Assembly: GCA_013378385.1 (NCBI GenBank) | Contig: JACAFS010000043.1 | Span: 1-8,554, forward strand | Direction: 5' to 3' | DNA: 8,554 bases | DNA from: Nitrososphaerota archaeon | Lineage (GTDB): Archaea > Thermoproteota > Nitrososphaeria > Nitrososphaerales > UBA57 | Shown: positions 6,544 to 8,554 of the stretch, one piece after another | How positions within the stretch are numbered: position 1 is the stretch's first letter | Layout: every line of letters starts with the position of its first letter | Notes under the pieces: generated by a model | Database searches by the model: none | The model's input: the letters and a program-made list of their open reading frames with translations, nothing else | Told to the model about the DNA's origin: nothing | Translations under genes and position numbers: made by a program

Positions 6544-6822
6544 ATGGCAGAAATAATTGTAGAAACATTATCTTCATCCAGTGGTGGAGCGATTTTTCAA
6601 GTAACAGTAAGAGACGAAACTAGTCAATCGAAGCATAGAGTAAGAATGAGTCATGATTATCATCAAAAATTGGCAAATGGAAAAACACCCGAGGAGTTCA
6701 TAAAAACTTCTTTTGAATTCTTATTATCAAAAGAACCTAAAGAATCAATTTTAAGTGAATTCGATTTACCAAAGATATCTACATTCTTCCCAGAATTTGA
6801 AGAAGAAATAAAGAAGATGTAA
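6544..6822 (+). CDS. Small soluble protein of unknown function
   Basis: 92 aa counted from ATG 6544 (the track start is GTG 6535). It has no TM segment. The C-terminal half, EEFIKTSFEFLLSKEPKESILSEFDLPKISTFFPEFEEEI, looks like a small conserved family I half-recognise but cannot name. It lies on the same strand as the thiolase operon, 49 nt downstream. Coding status is inferred from length and composition only. Confidence 0.55.
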   Translation: MAEIIVETLSSSSGGAIFQVTVRDETSQSKHRVRMSHDYHQKLANGKTPEEFIKTSFEFLLSKEPKESILSEFDLPKISTFFPEFEEEIKKM

Positions 6823-6823
6823 T

Positions 6824-7423
6824 TTAGTCGCCCTTATTTGGCATTCCATTAACTTCTGCTGAACGATTAGGAACTAGGCTTAAGGCTCTGCTTATGTCAT
6901 CGTCAGATCCAGGACCATAATAAACGAGTATTTTATCCTCGTCAATTAGTGTGTAGTCTACGTTGGTAATTATCTCTCCATTTACAAATAGTAATAATAC
7001 GTTATTATCATCAGAAGAGTATTCCATTCCATGTACATTAATCGAGTCGAGCGTTATAGAAAGATCGAGGGATTCCATGAACCAAGACAAAGGAATATTT
7101 ATCGCATGGAGATGCATTATGTCTCCTTCTCCTCCATGTATATGTCCATAACCGCTTTTCATTGCATAACGTGATTGATTTAGATCTAGTGGTTCGCCAT
7201 CAATGTAAACAAGTACATCAAGATGCTCATGTGTTGAACCCACTGGTCCAATCTGAGGTCCAGATACTACTGAGAACAGTCCGTAGCCAATCAACAAGAT
7301 AGCAATAAGGTAGATAGAATAAGTTCTGACAAGTTTAATTTGCTTGGATCGTTTTTTATGTTTCTTACGATCTTGTCTTCGTAAATCTTTTTCACGTTTT
7401 TTAAGACGTTTGTCTTCGCTCAC
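6824..7423 (-). CDS. Membrane-anchored protein with a basic cytoplasmic tail and an extracytoplasmic domain carrying three HxH motifs (function unknown, possibly metal-binding)
   Basis: 199-aa ORF with a GTG start (7423-7421) and TAA at 6826-6824. The first 33 residues contain 17 Lys/Arg. One TM helix follows (YSIYLIAILLIGYGLFSVV). The ectodomain has HEH, HIH and HLH within 42 residues (nt 7106-7231). It also has two similar beta-hairpin-like units (VLVYIDGEPLDL and LLLFVNGEIITN). Confidence 0.7.
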   Translation of the reverse strand: MSEDKRLKKREKDLRRQDRKKHKKRSKQIKLVRTYSIYLIAILLIGYGLFSVVSGPQIGPVGSTHEHLDVLVYIDGEPLDLNQSRYAMKSGYGHIHGGEGDIMHLHAINIPLSWFMESLDLSITLDSINVHGMEYSSDDNNVLLLFVNGEIITNVDYTLIDEDKILVYYGPGSDDDISRALSLVPNRSAEVNGMPNKGD

Positions 7424-7478
7424 AAAGTGAGATTATTATTAAGTATAATATAAACAGATACAATTTGTTGAAGAAAAT

Positions 7479-8012
7479 CTACGCAGGGGGTAGCCTAACA
7501 TTAAACAGATTATCGGAAATCATGAGATTTTCTTCTGCCGTAACTATAAAGTCAATCTGGGATTTCCTTTGAAGTAAATTATTAGAACCAATTGCACTGG
7601 CGTTCATAGATACTTCGTATTTTATGGTGATAGTTTCATCTACAGGCAATCTTTCTATAATAACTTGTGTATCAGAAATACTTGCAGGTGGACCAAATGA
7701 TTGTTCTATAAGCACAAGCGAGTACCAATTATTCTTTGGTTCAAAGTTAAGATTAATTACAACATTGTTAACATCAACTTTCCCCAGATTTGCAATACGT
7801 AAAGCGAAAACTTCTGTCATAATATTTTGATCGTCGATTTGAATAGGGCGATATTCTTTGTTATATTCGTCTGCAATGCCATTCAATTCAGCATCAACTG
7901 AAACAATTAGACTTACATCAGGTCTTGTAACAGCTGGATAGATGAATGCAAATGTAGATAAGATTACCACAAATGTTGCTGCGAACAAAGCTATTCTAAA
8001 TGTACTAGTCAT
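7479..8012 (-). CDS. N-terminally anchored or secreted beta-rich protein of unknown function (possibly a CARDB-like beta-sandwich)
   Basis: 177 aa counted from ATG 8012-8010 (MTSTFRIALFAATFVVILSTFAFIYPA...). The track TTG start at 8069 adds 19 non-hydrophobic residues and would overlap the divergent gene, so it is discounted. The body has alternating beta-strand-like patterns (ALRIANLGKVDVNNVVINLNF, ITIKYEVSM). The fold assignment is a guess. Confidence 0.6.
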   Translation of the reverse strand: MTSTFRIALFAATFVVILSTFAFIYPAVTRPDVSLIVSVDAELNGIADEYNKEYRPIQIDDQNIMTEVFALRIANLGKVDVNNVVINLNFEPKNNWYSLVLIEQSFGPPASISDTQVIIERLPVDETITIKYEVSMNASAIGSNNLLQRKSQIDFIVTAEENLMISDNLFNVRLPPA

Positions 8013-8039
8013 GAATTTACACTTATTTGATGAATTTAC
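8011..8039. repeat. Perfect 10-bp direct repeat ATGAATTTAC x2 (8011-8020 and 8030-8039) in the divergent intergenic region
   Basis: The repeat was read directly from the sequence, with 19 bp from start to start. The first copy abuts and overlaps the minus-strand start codon at 8012-8010. An AT-rich GATAATATAATAATT box (8049-8063) follows, about 30 nt upstream of the cupredoxin ATG. Confidence 0.5.
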
Positions 8040-8086
8040 TGAGATTCGAGATAATATAATAATTGCCAATTTATGACAATAGTATC

Positions 8087-8524
8087 ATGAGTTCTTCAAA
8101 GGATCGTAGAATGTCTATGATAATTATTTTTGTACTTGCGGGATTAGTTTTTGTAATTTTAGCAGTACCAGGTATGAACATGTTACGGCAAGGGGATTCT
8201 ATACAGGATATAAAAGAAAAAGAAGAACAGGATGAGAAAGAAAGAAGGACGCCCGAGGAGTTTCATGTAGATGTCGTCAGTAAAAGTGTATACAAGCCTG
8301 CTATGTTGAATATACAAATAGGAGACACGGTAACGTGGACAAACATTGATTCAGAAGTTCACACAGTATCAAGTGCAAATGTTACTTCGGATGGTGGTGT
8401 GTATTTCCATGATACGTTATTGCCAGATGAAATTTACAGTGTCACTTTCGACACTCCTGGAACGTATTTCTATTCTTGTTTGATAAAGTTTCACGGAATG
8501 ACAGGAATAATTAGAGTTTCCTGA
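8087..8524 (+). CDS. Membrane-anchored small blue-copper protein (cupredoxin/plastocyanin-like)
   Basis: 145 aa counted from ATG 8087 (the track TTG at 8063 is discounted). The N-terminus is KDRR followed by a TM helix (MIIIFVLAGLVFVILAV). A charged linker follows (KEKEEQDEKERR). The cupredoxin core is IGDTVTWTNIDSEVHTV...GTYFYSCLIKFHGMTGIIRV. The candidate type-1 Cu ligands are His (8360-8362), Cys (8477-8479), His (8492-8494) and Met (8498-8500). Confidence 0.85.
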   Translation: MSSSKDRRMSMIIIFVLAGLVFVILAVPGMNMLRQGDSIQDIKEKEEQDEKERRTPEEFHVDVVSKSVYKPAMLNIQIGDTVTWTNIDSEVHTVSSANVTSDGGVYFHDTLLPDEIYSVTFDTPGTYFYSCLIKFHGMTGIIRVS

Positions 8525-8554
8525 TCAACTGAGCTGCTTGCGTTTATAGAATAA

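Noticed and set aside
7325-7423. The Lys/Arg-rich 33-residue N-terminus of the HxH protein, considered as a possible nucleic-acid-binding or nuclear-localisation-like element.
   Set aside because: It directly precedes a TM helix. It is therefore most simply a strong positive-inside topology determinant for an N-in/C-out anchor.
7950-8012. The N-terminus of the beta-rich protein, considered as an archaeal class III (type IV pilin-like) signal peptide.
   Set aside because: There is no Gly/Ala at the expected -1 cleavage position after the charged residue (the sequence reads FR-IALF). It looks like an ordinary signal anchor or Sec signal.
8013-8086. TTG-initiated extensions of both divergent ORFs (minus strand to 8069, plus strand from 8063) that would make the two genes overlap head-to-head.
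   Set aside because: Both extensions use weak TTG starts and add non-hydrophobic residues ahead of clear signal-anchor sequences that begin at ATG codons (8012 and 8087). The region also contains promoter-like AT boxes and the direct repeat.
8525-8554. A possible 3' end of a minus-strand gene entering from the right edge (LFYKRKQLS, then a stop).
   Set aside because: Only nine codons are visible, so it cannot be supported. It is mentioned only in the tail-to-tail finding.
1-8554. I looked for CRISPR repeats, tRNA/rRNA-like structure, transposase or integrase genes, long inverted repeats, and toxin-antitoxin or defence-type gene pairs.
   Set aside because: None were found. Intergenic spacers are all 75 nt or shorter. 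The only repeats I found in the intergenic spacers are the 10-bp direct repeat at 8011-8039 and a weak 6-bp inverted repeat at 6504-6524.

Overview
This is an AT-rich, tightly packed prokaryotic window. I can support 11 protein-coding genes and see no rRNA, tRNA, CRISPR array, transposase or integrase. All calls rest on motif reading by eye, with no database search.

Positions 66-6494 hold a fatty-acyl-CoA (beta-oxidation-type) gene set:
- Two tandem acyl-CoA dehydrogenase (ACAD) paralogs lie on the minus strand. One is canonical; the other has degenerate FAD-contact and catalytic-base motifs.
- A rhomboid protease gene sits between them and the next operon.
- A plus-strand four-gene operon follows, with 1-33 nt spacers. 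It encodes an SCP2-type/archaeal thiolase (CxS, HDCF and GHP loops), a DUF35 zinc-ribbon/OB-fold partner, an NAD-dependent 3-hydroxyacyl-CoA dehydrogenase with a roughly 30-40 aa charged insertion, and a crotonase-fold enoyl-CoA hydratase.

Positions 6544-8524 hold a small protein of unknown function and three N-terminally membrane-anchored, probably extracytoplasmic proteins:
- one with three HxH motifs behind a very basic tail;
- one beta-rich protein of unknown function;
- one small type-1 copper cupredoxin.

Several features suggest an archaeal origin: the thiolase-DUF35 pairing, AT-rich TATA-like boxes about 25 nt upstream of several start codons, a GGTGA ribosome-binding site inside the operon, and the anchored cupredoxin. 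A Nitrososphaeria/Thaumarchaeota-like marine archaeon is my unverified guess.

The observations most worth follow-up are:
- the thiolase-DUF35 module wired to HADH/ECH rather than to HMG-CoA synthase;
- a possible heteromeric ACAD pair;
- the HxH protein / beta-rich protein / cupredoxin membrane cluster.

I found no convincing evidence for a radically new system such as a defence island.
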